From contig CM119266.1 of NCBI GenBank assembly GCA_051294375.1, positions 6,899,431 through 6,963,430 on the forward strand: a DNA stretch of 64,000 nucleotides. Direction: 5' to 3'. How positions within the stretch are numbered: the stretch's first letter is position 1; the number at the start of each line of letters is the position of its first letter. The stretch is from Paraspadella gotoi. Lineage: Eukaryota > Animalia > Chaetognatha. The notes below the pieces were generated by a model that had not been told where the DNA came from, searched no databases, and saw only the letters and a program-made list of their open reading frames with translations. Shown piece by piece: positions 62,270 to 64,000 of this stretch. Position numbers and translations under genes: made by a program.

Positions 62270-64000
62270 TCAGAGAATCGTCGTAGTGACGGCGGAGATT
62301 CCGTGAACGAGGACGACGGGGGGAATGTCTCTCGTGATCCGCTCGTAGTGATCCACGAATCGATGATGATCTCGTGCGTCGGAAGGCGGCAGTGACAAGT
62401 AGAGGAAACTCACTGGAAGGAAAGTGAAAGTCACGATCTCGACTACAACCCTAAGTTTCCTTCCGCAGACTCACCTGTAGTTTCCTTCGAGTAACTCCGG
62501 ACGAGCTCGTTGACGCCGTCGAGGAAGTCGTAGGGGACGCGGGCGAATCGACTCGGCTCCAGTGGCTCGTCGAGTCGGGAAAAGCTTGGAACTAAAAGTT
62601 GGAGGAAGAAGTCCAGGGAGAAATAGAAAAAGAAAAGAATGATTCATCAAATGGAATAAATCCATATAATAAGTTATAAATTAATTTAATAAAAAAGCTA
62701 TTTTGACCATAATTTTAAACTGACTGTTTTGGGTTAAGGCCAATAATAACAAAGAGGGACACGTCTTCAATCAAGACTCTATTACAATGAAGTGAGAGGA
62801 GATTTTTTTTACTGTTTCAATTGGATAAAAGGAATATATAAGCCAAAAAAAGTTAAACGTCGCTAAAAACCCTAGCGGTCAAGTCAAATGTTACATCCAT
62901 CATCGCTTTTGGAATGCGACTTTCATCCATTTTCCTCACCCGACATTTCCCGATCGGCGTCGCTCGAGCGGAGGCGGGTCACGTGATCCCAACTAATAAG
63001 AATGATTTCGGCGGGAATTCGGAGTTGAGCCAAAACCTGAGCCGATTGGCAGAAAAAGATGAGGTTTATTCTTACTGCTCTTGTTAATTAATTAAGATTA
63101 ATTAGAAACTGTTATTGTTAATGAATTAGATGGTATTGTTGTTAAAGCTAATATGAAAAACCCATTCCATCGATTCACATCTTCCAAGAAAAGTACTCGC
63201 CTTCGCAAAGTTCTTCTTCATGAACTCCGCGTCATCCTCCTCAGTGACGCAGAGAAAGACCCGGATGTGAGTCCCGGCCTTGTGCCAATGCTCCACCATC
63301 TCTAGGATGCAGGCCCAACTGCAGCATCAGCAGCGACGTCGTGTCCAGTAGGCGGAAACTCGACGGCTGGAGAAAGTTGTGCGGCCAGACGTCGACCACC
63401 ACCTGGAGAAAATGGTTTTCAGTCCATTTTTTATCTATTAATGAGCCATAAGTATTAATCAGCTTTGAAAGGTTTTAAAAATATTTTTATAGCCCCAAAT
63501 AAGTACTTATTAAGTTATAATAAGCTTTTACTGTAAACCTTTTTATTCTTTAAATCCGCTTTGTTGAAAGACTGAAAGTTTCGAGTGATCAACAGGTTCT
63601 TTTGCGACTTGATTATATCAAAGAGAATGTCCATATACTCGGAAAGCTGCAAAGACTTTTTCTGGTCGCCGGACCGCAGAGGAGGAAAGGCAGTTTCCAC
63701 CTGTAAAAAAAAATTTCAATTATTTCAATAAAATTGTTTACGAAATAATTGACTGACCTGATCCAAGGGCATCTGGAAGACTTTGGTCTTGAGGTCACTT
63801 TTCGCCAAAGCCATCGACAGTGTGTCTGTTGGGGGACTGTCGTCGTAAAACCCGAGGCAGACGGTATTGGGCTTCATTCCACCAAGACCGGACAATCTGA
63901 AAGTGAGCCCAAAATAAGACGAATTTTAAATAATGGAAAAGTAATGATTAATCAACGCACCTTCCTTCACCTGTAGAGATTTTGAACGCCTTCTCTGACT
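62270..64000 (-). CDS. SLC12A9: Second SLC12A9 paralog, 3' part (5' end beyond the window)
   Basis: Exons carry [46 protein letters not shown], and a final exon [18 protein letters not shown] with the stop at 62270. Exon boundaries largely match copy 1, but the introns are diverged. Confidence 0.9.

Overview
AT-rich, intron-dense genomic DNA from a non-vertebrate animal, in a draft assembly with N-gaps, noisy gap fills and scattered 1-nt indels. From 5' to 3' the window holds: (1) the 3' part of a type-III (DN-cadherin-like) classical cadherin on + (42-29236), with its TM exon misassembled; (2) a secreted H-type-lectin protein with a long Lys/Gly then His/Asp repeat tail (32751-35269); (3) an ASB1/ASB12-like ankyrin-SOCS box gene (37861-40690); (4) a divergent DEG/ENaC channel on - (47598-41545); (5) SLC12A9 on - (about 59481-49203), with a METTL27-like methyltransferase gene and a tRNA-Glu(CTC) nested in its introns on +; (6) the 3' end of a second SLC12A9 paralog. 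The main result is in the cadherin. Its apparent 5.6-kb intron between the two LamG domains hides about 15 tandem, partly duplicated microexon candidates of 21-54 nt. Most are symmetric phase-1, bounded by AG/GT and stop-free. Isolated 6-, 12-, 15- and 12-nt microexons occur in other phase-1 introns. Together these suggest a combinatorial microexon diversification system in an unusually cysteine-rich cadherin with a low-complexity cytoplasmic tail. All gene models were read by eye and need RNA-seq support.
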